The notes: a model not told the origin generated them from the letters alone. A stretch of DNA of 64,000 bases from Octopus bimaculoides (GCF_001194135.2 NC_068998.1:29368699-29432698); one strand, 5' to 3'. Positions 50,924 to 63,848 are shown, numbered from the stretch's first letter. Translations and numbers: made by a program.

Positions 50924-51882
50924 GACAGCTGTTTTGATTCAATAATCTTTAGATAATTAATTTATAAAATTAAAATCATTATAAGATGAATCTCTTCAGA
51001 GGTAGTAAAGATATACCGATTAGAAATATATGTTGAGATAACAGCTATAAACTGTTAACTGATAGCATATATACAAAAAGAGCCAGTTATAGAAGGCCTC
51101 AATCCAACATGGGGGGGAGGAGAAGGTAGTGTATATTTTATGTCTTAAAGAAAGAAAAGAAGAGATTAATATAATATCATAGGATATTGAGAAGGAGAAA
51201 AAGCAAAAGAAGAAAACTGCTTGTATATATAAATATATAATAATGCCATATAATATCATACTTATCTATAATACTGCAATACAAAAAATTTAAATTACGT
51301 AGAAGCAAACCGTGGCAATTATATATTAACCGAAGTTATCAGAAAGATATAAATAATTTCTAAATATAATAATAACTTATTGTTTATGTTTATAATAATA
51401 ATGAAATAAAAACATTATTATAAACATAAACAATAAGTTATTATTATATTTAGAAATTATTTATATCTTTCTGATAACTTCGGTTAATATATAATTGCCA
51501 CGGTTTACTTAATTAAAAATTTTTTGTATTGCAGTATTATAGATAAGTATGATATTATATGGCATTATTATATATTTATATATACAAGCGGTTTTCTTCT
51601 TTTGCTTTTTCTCCTTCTCAATATCCTATGATATTATATTAATCTCTTTTCTTTCTTTAAGACATAAAATATACACTACCTTCTCCCCCGCCCCCATGTT
51701 GGATTGAGGCCTTCTATAACTGGCTCTTTTTGTATATATGCTATCAGTTAACAGTTTATAGGTGTTATCTCAACATATATTTCTAATCAGTATATCTTTA
51801 CTACCTCTGAAGAGATTCATCTTATAATGATTTTAATTTTATAAATTAATTATCTAAAGATTATTGAATCAAAACAGCTGTC
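50924..51882. repeat. ~960-bp AT-rich palindrome (arms 50924-51403 and 51413-51882, 9-nt spacer)
   Basis: By-eye alignment shows the arms are reverse complements with about seven difference sites (substitutions and short indels). The left arm starts exactly at a 10-N gap. Confidence 0.9.
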
Positions 51883-52069
51883 AGAGATGTTGTCATATTT
51901 TATAATTAATAAATAATATTTCATTAATTACCTCTCCTTATTCTTTAAATATATAAATATATGAACCACGGCTTATATGGTTACCTTATAGTTGAACTTT
52001 CTATGGATTGGTATCTAACCAGTATTTTCATTAGATTTTATTCTCCCTTAGTTAGGTTTATAACTTTAC

Positions 52070-52104
<35 letters not shown>

Positions 52105-52146
52105 CAATGTTAATTCTCTAAATGAAGTATTAACAGTAACTGCACG

Positions 52147-52241
52147 ATAAAGTGTAGTATATTGCCACTTAAGTGTGGCTGACCCCTAGGGGTGGATGTT
52201 ACTGTTGCTTTTAGCCCCAGGAGGACATCTCCTCCAGCTGG
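52147..52241. repeat. 95-bp unclassified repeat identical to 63893-63987
   Basis: ATAAAGTGTAGTATATTGCCAC...CTCCTCCAGCTGG is identical in both places; both lie near (TA)n. Confidence 0.9.
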
Positions 52242-52419
52242 AGGAGATGTCNNNNNNNNNNNNNNNNNNNNNNNNNNNNNNNNNNNNNNNNNNNNNNNNN
52301 NNNNNNNNNNNNNNNNNNNNNNNNNNNNNNNNNNNNNNNNNNNNNNNNNNNNNNNNNNNNNNNNNNNNNNNNNNNNNNNNNNNNNNNNNNNNNNNNNNNN
52401 NNNNNNNNNNNNNNNNNNN

Positions 52420-52456
<37 letters not shown>

Positions 52457-52514
52457 TATAATTATTTAATAACAAATTGGAAATCTCCAAATGCTCAGGG
52501 CTGACTGAAACTTA

Positions 52515-52790
52515 TTAAATAACATATGTAACTCCAACCAAATGTGTTGAGTGCCATTTTCTTCCATTTGTCCATTCACTTGTATTTGTGTGTGTGTGTG
52601 TGTGTGTCTTTGTGTCTGTGTTTGTCTCCCACCACTGCTTGACAATCAGTGTTGGTGTGTTTATGTTCCCATAACTTAGTATATTGGCAAGAGGCCAATA
52701 TATGAAGTACCAAGCTTTAAAAAAATAAATACTGGGTTGATTCATTTGATTAAGTATGGTCACAGTCTAATGACTAAAACAAGTAAAAGA
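52515..52790 (+). mobile_element. SINE 3' portion
   Basis: Contains (TG)n and the shared body GCTTGACAA..GTTGGTGTGTTTA..TAACTTAG. Confidence 0.7.
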
Positions 52791-53686
52791 TAAAAGATAT
52801 ATGGATGAATAGATATGTATATCAAGCTTTGTTGGGGGAGGGGATTTGGTAGACAAAATATGACTGTGCATGTGTGGTTGTACTTAAACATCCCAAGATA
52901 GCTGTAAATGAGTGTCACCGTAATACAAGTGGTAACATGTATCTCCAATCCTGTGGTCAGACATGTTTTTCAGAAAACTGGACATGATTGATACTGCTTG
53001 TATGACTGATATTCCTTTACATCTATCATGAGATGTCAAGACAAGGAGACACAAGCAGACACAATCTAGTCACCTGTATGTGTGTATATATATATATAAC
53101 TTAAATTCTTGTAATGCTTTCTCTGTATAAATCTTTCATCTTTATTAGATACATGAGGTTTTGATGAAATCCAGTTAGTATAAAAATCAAAAACTATGTA
53201 TTAATTTCATGGGTAATAGTTTACATAAATAAATTTCTTATACAATAGAGACGTTGGTTTTGTTGTGAGTTTTCTGCAGCTCCATAAGAGCAGACATTTA
53301 ATACAAAGGTATTAAATGAAATCTGGGATTGTGACCCTCGTGTTCTGTACACCCATTATCACATGCTTCAATCTGAGCCACAACCATGTTCAATGTTTGA
53401 TCATGCAATATTTTTTCAGGAATATACATGGATTATTATGGTAGTTTAAGTATTTGCTATGTGGATAGCTTTTGTATGTTTGGGTAGTGATATCAGCAAA
53501 ATCAGGAAAGATGCACTAAATTTGTGTGTGATAAATTTTGATGCAAAGCTCTTCCACATTCAACTTTTATGTGGTTTATATGGAAGCTTATTCATCTTTT
53601 TTTTCTCCATAGACTTTTTTTTTTGTTTTGTGTTTAAATTTCAGTAATATTTGGTTTTTATATCTACTTTGTAATGCTTTAAAGCC

Positions 53687-53735
<49 letters not shown>

Positions 53736-55440
53736 AGATTTAGCTGAGTTAGAACTAGATTTCTGTACTCACATTCATGACCCCTTTGTAGGATCCTTGT
53801 ATTAGACAATAGTATGCCTTCACTCAGTGAAATTTCTCCTTTAACAATAACCTTTAAGTGTTTATGCTTGTTTAATTTTTATAGTTAAAGCAATGTTGTT
53901 AATCTGGAATCAAAATTCTTAATGCATGTGTGTATGTGTGTGTTGAGGAATGTTTCTAAAACTTGCAACTTACTTTACCAGTACCATAATTTCGTATTTC
54001 TTCTACATGATTGAGGTTTGCTAATAAAATGTTATTTTATAAAATCACAGCCCATAGCTGCTGGCAGCACAGTGTAATGGCTACTACATGGAACTTCTAA
54101 ATATAAATCTTGCTCATACTGATTTAACCCTTTCTCTGACTATTACACAGTTAACCCCTTTAAAGTCCACAACTGCTGGCAGCATACTCATTGAACAGAT
54201 ATATTATTTCAATATGTTATCATCCTTATTCATTTATCATTGCTTTCTTTTCATAAAAATTCTCAGTCTTTTTCTCTACCAAGCAGATGAGGAAGGTCAC
54301 TGGTCTGATTTTTAATTCAAACAAACTGTTTTAATGGAGGGGGAAGGGTGTTTATAAAACAATTTAGCCATGTGGATTTGTGTTACTGTACATGTTTTCA
54401 CATTATAACTAATAAATAAAAAAAAAGTATCTTGTGTATCTAGAACTAGAAGTTTATTCTTTTCTTTACCTTTTATATTTTCTTTTCCATATTACATTAA
54501 TTGTAACTTCATTTGATATGCCTGGAAGTGTGTGTATGTGTGTATCAGTTTCTTTTAACTAAACTGAAAGGTATGTTTTGTGTTGGTTGAATCTGCTGAT
54601 ATATTACTACGACTGTATCAACTCTGAAAAGATGGAAGACAAAATTGCCTAAGTGTTCACTATGTTGCTGTGTATGTGTATGGTCTTCGTACATAGTAAT
54701 CCTGAAACAAAATGTTCAAATGCTACCTGTATTCTTTATGCTCACATTTTCCATCAAAATATAGAAACCAATATTAAATATACATGTATGCAAACATGAC
54801 AGCAAGGTCCTTATCATAGATGGCAATTTCAGTGGTTATGCTGTATGCATGGAAGCTATGGATATAATATGAGCAGAGAAGAAGGATCAAGCTGTCTTGG
54901 ATTTGTACCACTTGCAACATGTTTCAGAAAGCCAGTTAACCAACTGACCATCTTCCACTCAGGTGCCAGATGATTTTGTAAAGAGACCAGAAAACAAGAC
55001 GTGCACAGTTATTGAGATCAGATGAATGTACCCTTACAGTTTAGATGAATAGCTCTCAACTTTAAACTGAAGATGAGAAAGAGTAAGCAAGCTGTGAGCC
55101 ACTGACCAGTTTTGAGGAAGGGAAAAATAACCTAGCTACATAGACACGATGCAATAATATTAAACTAAGCATGAAGCATGACTAAAACAAATTGAGGTGA
55201 TACATCTTGTATGCCTAACTAGGTGAGAAGCTAAGATGATATTCTGCCCTGTGAAAATGAGGTCTGCCAAGCAAATCTTTTTGCATTTATCGTTTGTTGC
55301 TTGTTCTTGGGTTTATGTAAGTTCCACTGTAAAAATACAAGTTGCAAACTTCACAAATCTGTATATTGGTCAGGGAAGTAAAACACTTTTGTAGATTTAC
55401 CATGCATTTACAACAAATAAGCTACCATGAAATAAAGCTC

Positions 55441-55782
55441 TCCTGATGATGTCTTCAGCTAACTGGATCCTAATCCACCAAGGGAAGGTATGTCGGAAGA
55501 AAGTAATTCAACAACGCGGGTTGATGAACCGTAAGACGTGTGGCCAGAACCTCCTGGAAAATAACCATAGCGAGGGACATTCCACAGTTGAATTAGAACA
55601 GTCACAAACAGTGAAAGAAGACATGCACCCAACACCAGAGCTGAAGACACCTCTGAAAGGGGGTGGCCCCGCCACGTCAAAACGGTAGAGGAGTAGGGGC
55701 CGAAACCGGACGTGGTTCCTCCTCATGATGTCTTGAGCTAACTGGATCTTATAAATTCTTGAGCTAACTGGATCCTATAAAT
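55441..55782. repeat. ~279-bp GC-rich unit bounded by ~32-bp direct repeats, plus a 26-bp tandem duplication
   Basis: 55441-55472 resembles 55720-55751 (3 mismatches); 55731-55756 resembles 55757-55782. Confidence 0.8.
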
Positions 55783-56109
55783 TCCCCACCACAAAAATAT
55801 GTATTTGTGGAAGAAATAATCATATTACAACATAAAGTTAAAATTAATACACAAAACATACTCGCGTCACAAACAGGATAGGCATTCTGCTGTGGACTTG
55901 TAACTCTACCAGCCAAAATATGTGCCTTGCATAGAACACTCATGATCAAGTTTTGGTTATAATGTTTGCATAAACAAAAGTTTCCCACAATGAAAGAGAT
56001 AATACAGAAATCAGTACCACTCCATATTCCAAAGATGGACACTCAGCTTGGAATTGTTGATAAAAATGTATTTGTGAATTTTATTGGTTTGGACATCACA
56101 AGGATTTAA

Positions 56110-56426
56110 ACATAATAGGAGTGAGATGAAATGACATGAGAATTAAAGCTAGGAAAGAAAAACAAAATTGCTTAACGGAACATTTCTTCATTCACATCTG
56201 ATTGGTATGGCTAGAAGCACTATGTTAAGTAATCCTAGTGAAACTGCTGTTTTTTTTGCCTTTAATTCTCACACCATTTCATCTCACCCTATTATGTCTA
56301 AAACCTTGTTATTTCCATGCTATTTGTTAAATAGTTAAGTTTAGCAATCTTAATGTTCAACTAAGCAATTTCATTTTTCTTTTCTTGCTTTAATTCTCAT
56401 GTCATTTCATCTTGCTCCTATTATGT
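56110..56426. repeat. Imperfect ~75-bp inverted repeat with a local direct duplication
   Basis: 56110-56184 is a diverged reverse complement of 56352-56426; about 56260-56335 resembles about 56390-56465. Confidence 0.65.
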
Positions 56427-56659
56427 CAAAAGCCTTGTTATTTCCTTGCTACATGTTAAATAACAGTTAAGCAATCCTAGTGAAAATCTGCTGTCTGTCT
56501 TTTTCACCTTTTTGTTTTGTTTGAATATTTTCTCCTAGAACCTCTGTACTGGAAACCTGTTCAGAATACTCTCTTTCACCTCCTGCTTCTATTCTGTGGT
56601 CAATACCACTGCCTTGTCTCCTAGTAAATGTGGCAAATGTGAAGTGAATAAATGATGAT

Positions 56660-58335
56660 GAATTAAATGCAGGTTGAGACCTATTTGGACTTTTATGATA
56701 TGTTTGGGAAACGTCCATGCAAACTTTCTTTTCAGATGCAGAATGCTGTCCCCCATTACTGTATTCCCTCTAGCCACTCCTTCCTTACCCTCAGAGTTGG
56801 CACACTCAATGTGGGCACATTAAAAGGTAGGTTTGGTGAGATTGTTGAGATGTTTAGAAAGAGAGCCTGGATAAGATGCAGTTTGGTTTCATGCCTGGGA
56901 GAAGCATGACTGATGTTATATTCCTGGTAAGGCAGCATCAGGAGGAGTATTGAGCCAAAAATGAACCTTTGTACTTTGCTTTTGTAGGCCTGGAGAAAGT
57001 CTTTGACAGGATTCCCTGCTCCCTTATCTGGTGGTCAATGTGGAAGCTAGGGATAAATGAGTGGTTGATGAGAGCTGTACAAGCCATAAACAGGGATGCT
57101 GCCATTAAGGTGAAGATTGGCAATGAGTATAGCAATGAATTTAGTGTACAAGTAGTTCACCAAGGATCAGTTCTCAACCCCCTCTTGTTTATCATAGTGC
57201 CTCCAGGTATAACAAGGAATTAAAGACTTGCTGCCCTTAGGAGCTCCTCTACACTGATGACTTTGTTCTTATAGCTGAATCACTATCTACCTATAGAAGA
57301 AATTTCAGGTGTGGAAGCAAGGTTTGGAATCTAACGGCCTTTAGCAAAGGCCAAAGTCCCAGTAAGACAATAGACAAATCACAGATCCCTTCAGAGTGAT
57401 GACCCTGCTCAATTTGTAATAAGGGTGTTGGTAGAATTAGGAAAGTTAACAGAGAAAATAGTCTTTGTGTGTGGCATATGTGCTAGTACAATAAGCACTA
57501 AAAATGTGCATAGAAGAGACTTTCTCAAATGCTCAGGGGGCTCCTTAGCAGTGGAAGAGGAAGTTCTGAAAGCATAGTTGCTAGAATAAGAAGAGACTAG
57601 GCAAAGTTCAGAGAGCAACTACTTTTGTTAGTAACTAAGGGCCTATCCCACAGAGTGAAAGGCTGATTTTTATGTGTATATAGAGCTGTGCTACATGGCA
57701 GTGAAAATGGACTTTGATTACAGAGCACTTTGCAAAGGAAATGAAGCCAGCATGCTCCACTGGATGGGTAATGTCAGTGTAAATGATTTAAGAGGAAAAC
57801 TGGGTATAAGAGACATCTGTTGTATGCAAGCGAGAAGACTGCTAGTATGGTCATGTGATGCACATGGATGAGGACTTCTGTGTAAAGGTGCTGATCCCTA
57901 ATTGTGGAGGGAACTTCTGGAAGAGGTAGCCTCAGGAAGACATGGAACAAAGTGGTGAGAAAGGATCATCAGACACTAGGCTTCCCTGAGGAGATGACAA
58001 AGCACTGGGACTTGTGGTGATTTGCTCTATGTGAGAAGACAAGTCAAGCTAAGTAAAATCACAGCCACCATACCTACAGGCATGTTCTTTATGGCCATGC
58101 ACCCACTCCCTCTCTCAGCTGAGAGCTGCAGGGGCCAGTGCCATGTACTATGTGAAAGCACCCATGCCAGTGGCATGTAAAAAGCATCCGGCACACTCTG
58201 TAAAGTGGTTGGCATTAGGAAGGACATCCAGCCATAGAAACCATGCCAAAACAGACAATTGGAGTCTGGACAGTTCTCCAGTTGGTTAACTCCTGTCAAA
58301 CTGTCCAAACCATGCCAGCAATGATGATGATGAAG
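56660..58335 (+). mobile_element. Internally deleted RTE LINE
   Basis: LRVGTLNVGTLKGR (APE start) is joined almost directly to RT (PLYFAFVGLEKVFDRIP, VHQGSVLNPLLF), then the C-terminus and a (GAT)n tail. Confidence 0.85.
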
Positions 58336-58499
58336 CTGGAAGATCTTATACAAAGATACAGATGAACTTAAAAATGATTAATTTGGAACATAGCTGTGTT
58401 TTCAATATATTTCTAAAATAAAAGTTGTTTGCTATATGTAAAGAAACATATACAAGTGTATGCACTATATACATACATTATATATAAACATACTCTTAT

Positions 58500-58770
58500 A
58501 TATAGCTCCAGGTCAAACAAAGCCTTGTAGATAGAATGGAAACTGTGTGAAAGCCTCTTGTATATATGTATGTGAATATGTCTTTGTGTTTGCCACTGCT
58601 TGAGAATTAGTGTTGGTTTGTTTACGTCTCTGTAAATTAGTGGTTCAGACTGATAGAATAAATACCAGATTTAAAGTAAGCCCTGGGGGCAATTTTCTCA
58701 ACTAAACCCTTCAACATAGTGCTCTAGCATAGCTGCAATCCAATGACTGAAATGTGTAAAGAGTATGTAT
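58500..58770 (+). mobile_element. Diverged SINE, 5'-truncated
   Basis: Matches the SINE body and 3' end (GCATAGCTGCAATCCAATGACTGAAA). Confidence 0.65.
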
Positions 58771-58780
58771 AATTTATGTA

Positions 58781-59380
58781 CAAGGGTTCCACAAAAAGTA
58801 ATGCTAGAGAGGGCATCCCTTTTTTTATTAACTGACATAGGTCATACACATTGCATGTGAACCACTGTGAAATACTGGCTCTTGAACTTTTTACGTCTCA
58901 GAAAAGATGTGTGATACCACTCCATGGACTGAGCCTTAGTTTCCAGATCATAAAGATATGCTCGCGTTTCATCTGTCACTAGATTAAGAAGGAAAAAAAA
59001 AACGTCTTCATTGGTCTCAAATTCTTCCAGCAGATCAGAAGAGACTTCCTTCAAATCAGGTGTCAACTGCCAAGCTAATCACTTTGCATACCTTTTCTGA
59101 TACCCAAAGTCTTCCTCTATCTTCTGTAATGCATTGTGACTACAGTCTCATTGGGCAACGTGCTGACAGATTGTAACTTGTCTGTCCACAGGTTCAGTTT
59201 GTCCATTCACTGGCAATTCATGTCAGTGGTCACAGTTGATGATTTCCCTCTGTGTTGTTTGCTTTCAGTGCTTATTTTCCATCATTAAACTTTGTCACCC
59301 CTCTGTGTGCATTGCTCTTGTAAATGCCTTCATCCTTGTAAACATACTGTAGTTTTCTATAAATGTTAGACTGCCTGTAC
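58781..59380 (-). mobile_element. Mariner remnant
   Basis: TA-CAAGGGTTCCACAAAAAGTAATGC TIR-like end; VTDETRAYLYDLETKAQSMEW corresponds to TGDETW..YDPETK.QSMEW. Confidence 0.7.
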
Positions 59381-59794
59381 TCTTTCTTCGTCAAGAACTC
59401 AATGACAACATTGCTTCTGCTTTGAGCCCTTTACTTGCCTGCATTGTAGAAGAACAAGTGTTACTCTACCAACATGTATACATACAGACAAACTGTCAGC
59501 TAATAACAAAAGTATAGAGCCTTTTGCAGAACAACCTTTATACACACACACACAAACACACTGTGTGTGTTTGTGTCTGTATATGTGTGTGTGTATGTGT
59601 ATACATACTGGCATGGTGTGTGGTTAAGAAGTTTGCTTCCCAAACATAGTTTTGGACTCACTCCCATATTGCACCTTGAGCAGTTATTTTCTCAGGTTGA
59701 CCAAAACCTTCTGAGTGATTTTGGTATATACATATATACTTAGACACCCGCATATATGTGCATGCATGTATGTTGTATGTATGTATGTATGACA

Positions 59795-60455
59795 TTTTTC
59801 AGTTTCATTTCAAGCTCTTTTGCCAATAGAGAAATAGCCCAGTTTCTAACCTAGACCCAAAGCTCCTTCATTGGAATTTCAACATCAACAGGGTATATTT
59901 GTATGTCTATGTGCAGATTTGTATGTTTTGTTTTATGTATGTCTTCTCATACGTACAGTTGCATATCTAGACATGCTCATATATACTTAAATGATAAACT
60001 TCTGGAAAGTTTTACAGATTTTTTTCAGTTCTGATGATCTGTAGTCTTCAAATCAGCTTTCTCTTTTTTGGTCTTGAGAAACCTAATTTTTCAAGTCTGG
60101 TATTTAGACAGTGTGTTACATATTCCAGTGCCCCAATAATTACAGGCATAAACCTGAACTTGTAATCTGGATAGATTAACTGCAGATTTCTCAATAGTTC
60201 AGTGTAGGTATTCTCTTTTTCTCTGGTCTTCAGCTTTATGTTAACTCCTGCTGGGCAGCTAATTTCCACAGCTCCACACAGTTTCTCTTCTCTATTCCAA
60301 ATCATTATATATCAGGTCTGTTTTGCTAACATTTTATTGAGGTTTTCACTGGGACATTCCACCAGTATTCTTTTTATTCTAAGTGATTATGACTTCCACC
60401 ATACTGTGGGTTCTTATTTCTTTGTCCTCAGGGTTATCCTTCCAATGGATTTCAT

Positions 60456-60494
<39 letters not shown>

Positions 60495-61460
60495 TCCTAG
60501 CTACAACATCATGTCTTATCGGTAGATAATACCGTGAGGACATTTTTGGGCAAGTGCTTATTATGTGGGTGATATCTTCAGTGTTAACTCCACAGAGTCT
60601 GCATCAGTTGTCACATTTCACTGCTTTTCCTGCATCTCTATCTCTTTTGTACATCAGGTATTTAGTTGATATTTCCTGTTCTTGGATTGCAAACGCATAC
60701 CCTTCAAAATGGGAGATAGTAATCTGGTTATTGGTTCATGATAGACTGTTTTGTTACTATCATCTCAGAGCTTTCTACTAACATATCTGTGCATGGTCAT
60801 CTGCTCATGTATGCTCATCCTTTCCTCTGATGATACATTGCTGTAGAGTCGTGTGACTTCTTTGAGCATGTATTTAAGGTTATCAAATAAGGAATGCTGC
60901 TCAAGGAAATGCTTCCAAGTTTTATGATGTTACCAACCTCATACGCAAACTTTGTCAAGGGATGCATTTCGATACTTGGTAGTTAAAAGTTGTTGCCAAA
61001 GGGATATGATATGACATTGAAAGGCATGTTGGATCAATGTTAAGCCTCTGCTCCCTTGTTTCCATTTTAAGTAGAGGTGGTCTATGTCACTGTTGATGTA
61101 GAAACTATGTGTGTTGGTTAGTATTTTCCAAGTTCTCACATCAATGGCTTGGATCTCATCAATCATTCAATCAAGTGACCCAGATGATGATATGAGTACT
61201 GGCACTGCAAACACATTGTGTACCACTGTTTTATTGAATGCACGGGGTTCTGAGGTCCAAATTTTCTTTATTTTGCTGTAATATTCTTTAGTGACATGTG
61301 TTGTATTACAGGTGCCATTGTAAGATATGTTTTCATCCACCCTAGATACCTATAACATTCCTTATCAGATATAGGGGAATGAGTCAAGTCATTGGTGGTG
61401 ATGTTGCTAGTCTGGTTTACAGTCTCCCCCTTTTTCACAACCATATAACAACATTTATCC
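59795..61460 (-). mobile_element. 5'-truncated R4/Dong-like non-LTR retrotransposon (RLE type)
   Basis: CRLCGVNTEDITHIISTC..RHDVVA and PDIMIWNREEK..VEISCP..PVIIGAL. (TATG)n lies on both sides (about 59775-59791 and 61461-61484). Confidence 0.8.
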
Positions 61461-61524
61461 TATGTATGTATGTATGTATGTATGCATGTACATACGTATG
61501 TACATGTAGAAGTGAATGAATATA

Positions 61525-62700
61525 TCAGGTCTACCCATAAGTTCTGTCTGAATTTTGAATAAAGAAAACAAGTGATCAAATGTTATATTTAATTGAAATT
61601 TAATCATCAATGTACTTTCCCTGATTATCTATGACTTCCTTCCATCTATTTACAAGCCTTTTAATGTAAAACTCTTTTGGTTTCAAAGCGAAGAACTCTG
61701 AAATGTCAGTTTCAACCTCCTCCTGGTTTGTAAAAGTTATGTCCCCCAAATGATTCTGTAAACTATGAAACAAATGATAGTCTGAAGGAGCAAGGTCGGG
61801 AGAATAAAGTGGATGAGGAATTTTTTCCCAACCAAGCTCTTCGATCTTCTGTGATGTGATCTTTGCAGTGTGGGGTCACGTATTGTCCTGATGAAACATC
61901 ACTCCTTTACGATTCACTAAAGCGGGTCTTTTTTTCTTGAAAACTTGGTTCAAATGCTCTAATTTCTGACCGTAGACTTGAGCATTGATTGTTGCATTAG
62001 GTGGTAACAATTCAAAGTGAATTACTCCTTTGCAATCCCACCAGATAGAAAGAAGAACCTTTTTCCCATGAAGTTCCCTTCTCGGTTGTGGTTGAGCTTT
62101 TTCCCTTTTACCAAGCCAATGTTTATGACGTTTAACATTTCGATAGAAGATCCATTTTTCATCACAAGTCTATCCAAAAAGGGTGACATTAGTTTGCGAG
62201 AATGCAGAGAAGAACAGATATCAACTCGGGATTTGCAGTTGCTTTTGGACAATTCATGAGGCACCCATTTTCCAAGTTTTGGAACCTTTCCAAGTTGTTG
62301 AAGATGATGATGAACAGTTGTATGACTTGAACTAAACTTTATTGCCAATTCTTCAACTGATAATACAGGAGCTTATCCTCAAGGAGCTTATCATCAAACT
62401 CAACTGGACGTCCTGTTTGATCTTTATCTTCAAGGCTGAAATCTCCACTTCTGAATTTTACAAACCATCTTCTGCAAGTTCTTTCATTCAAGCATAATAT
62501 CCAGGAAGCATCTAATATCACAACCTTGGTAGAACATATATGGAAGCTGAAAGAAAATACTGCACAATATGACATCAAGTGGAAGCTACTGGAAAAGTAC
62601 ATTAACAGCAGTATGAAGTGCAGACTCTGTTTAGCAGAGAAACAAATCAGATGTTTCATTTTTATACTATCTCTCCCTTTACTAACACCTCTGAGATTGT
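61525..62700 (-). mobile_element. Mariner remnant containing a Penelope fragment
   Basis: TA-TCAGGTCTACCCATAAGTTCTG TIR; ERTCRRWF..GDFSLED..GRP and KLGKWVPHELS. The second TIR was not found. Confidence 0.8.
62511..62650 (+). mobile_element. Penelope-like GIY-YIG fragment nested antisense in the mariner
   Basis: TTLVEHIWKLKENTAQYDIKWKLLEKY..KCRLCLAEK matches the remnant near 32200-32330. Confidence 0.7.
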
Positions 62701-63113
62701 AGCAATAAACCAGCACCCTTTCTTTCCATCAATATACTTGTAAACAGTAAATTTAACTACCCCTTGACTTGTTAGAGCCAATAGTACTAGCTAGTTTGTA
62801 CAAGATCAAATGATAGAAATTAACATGTCCCCTCTCCGCATTATCCATTGAATGAAATAACTTCATGTTGGTGTGAAAACTTGCTACTTAATTTATTACT
62901 CTGATATTCTGAACCCTGCAATCTCTCACTATGGTTATTTGAAATATCTCAAAACATACTTCAGTATTACTTTTAATTTGGTCCAAAGAAATAGTCAGTG
63001 ATATTCTCAAAGATTATTTTATTGATTTACATAATTCATTATATGTATAACCGAACGTGTAATTTGATGAAGTGTTTCATTAATGACCATAAATGTTTAA
63101 TAAAGATATTATA

Positions 63114-63644
63114 CAGTAGACTGTCACTAATCTGGCAAAATAAGTGATCCAGCACTAATTTCAGCTAGAAAAATTTCAGATAATTTCAACTTACCTGGAT
63201 TGCTGCACCAACCCGTTGCTACGATTTCTTGATGCTACTTGCTGCATAAGTACACTTGCATCATTTGTAAACAAAGGCAGGTCTTTTCATTTTTTTTTCT
63301 CTTTATTATTATACCTTTCTCACTTTTAGCCACAGCCATGGTTCCAATACATAAAGGAAGTGCTTCTCGTGGTGTAAAACATAGACACCGTACATTGTCC
63401 ATAAAAGTAAAGGTTGAACTGTTGGAAAAACTTGACAGTGGTGTGTCTGTGAAAAGATTGTGTGAATTATACAAAGTTGGATCTTCAACAGCTTGTTGAA
63501 AAAAAAACAAAAACAGAAAGACCAGTTACTCTGTTTTTTTGCTAACAGTGAGTCAAAGAAATAATCGATAATTGATAATCTGACAAAATCACTAATTTAG
63601 TACTCTCCAGATCCCAACGATGCTGGATAATCAGCAGTTAACTG
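63114..63644 (+). mobile_element. Internally deleted pogo/Tigger element
   Basis: TA flanks and imperfect TIRs CAGTAGACTGTCACTAATCTGGCA / TGCTGGATAATCAGCAGTTAACTG. HRTLSIKVKVELLEKLDSGVSVKRLCELYKVGSST is a CENP-B/psq-type HTH. Confidence 0.8.
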
Positions 63645-63848
63645 TACCATCATCTTCATTTTGTTTGTTTACTATTATTATACTCTGCAACATAAACACC
63701 AATTGCTTAATTGGTAAATTTAATTGAATTCACAGTTTGCATTGAATGCCCTGTGGATTAAATAAGTAAGAATTATGTCAGCCAAGATTTTGCATCGAGT
63801 ATTGACTGTGTTATTCACTTGGATTTCCTAAATCCCACTCTCTGTTAA

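Larger units (their letters stand above)
3604..52419. other. Assembly gaps: 3604-3834, 17713-18244, 18981-19926, 20776-21419, 25773-25874, 30441-30451, 30815-31299, 50914-50923, 52252-52419
   Basis: Runs of N, mostly next to microsatellites or repeats. Confidence 0.98.

Noticed and set aside
50924-52070. Mitochondrial insertion (NUMT) as the source of the palindrome arms
   Set aside because: AT-rich, but I found no convincing mitochondrial protein or tRNA motif under the invertebrate code; a BLASTN would settle it.
52224-52251. Perfect 28-bp loop-less palindrome centred on CAGCTG
   Set aside because: It ends exactly at a gap, and the identical repeat copy at 63893 onward continues with different sequence, so it is probably a contig-end fold-back artefact.
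3471-52490. Long ORFs in the track that contain X runs (e.g. 18874-20112, 18867-19952, 30766-31596)
   Set aside because: They are open only because they cross N gaps.
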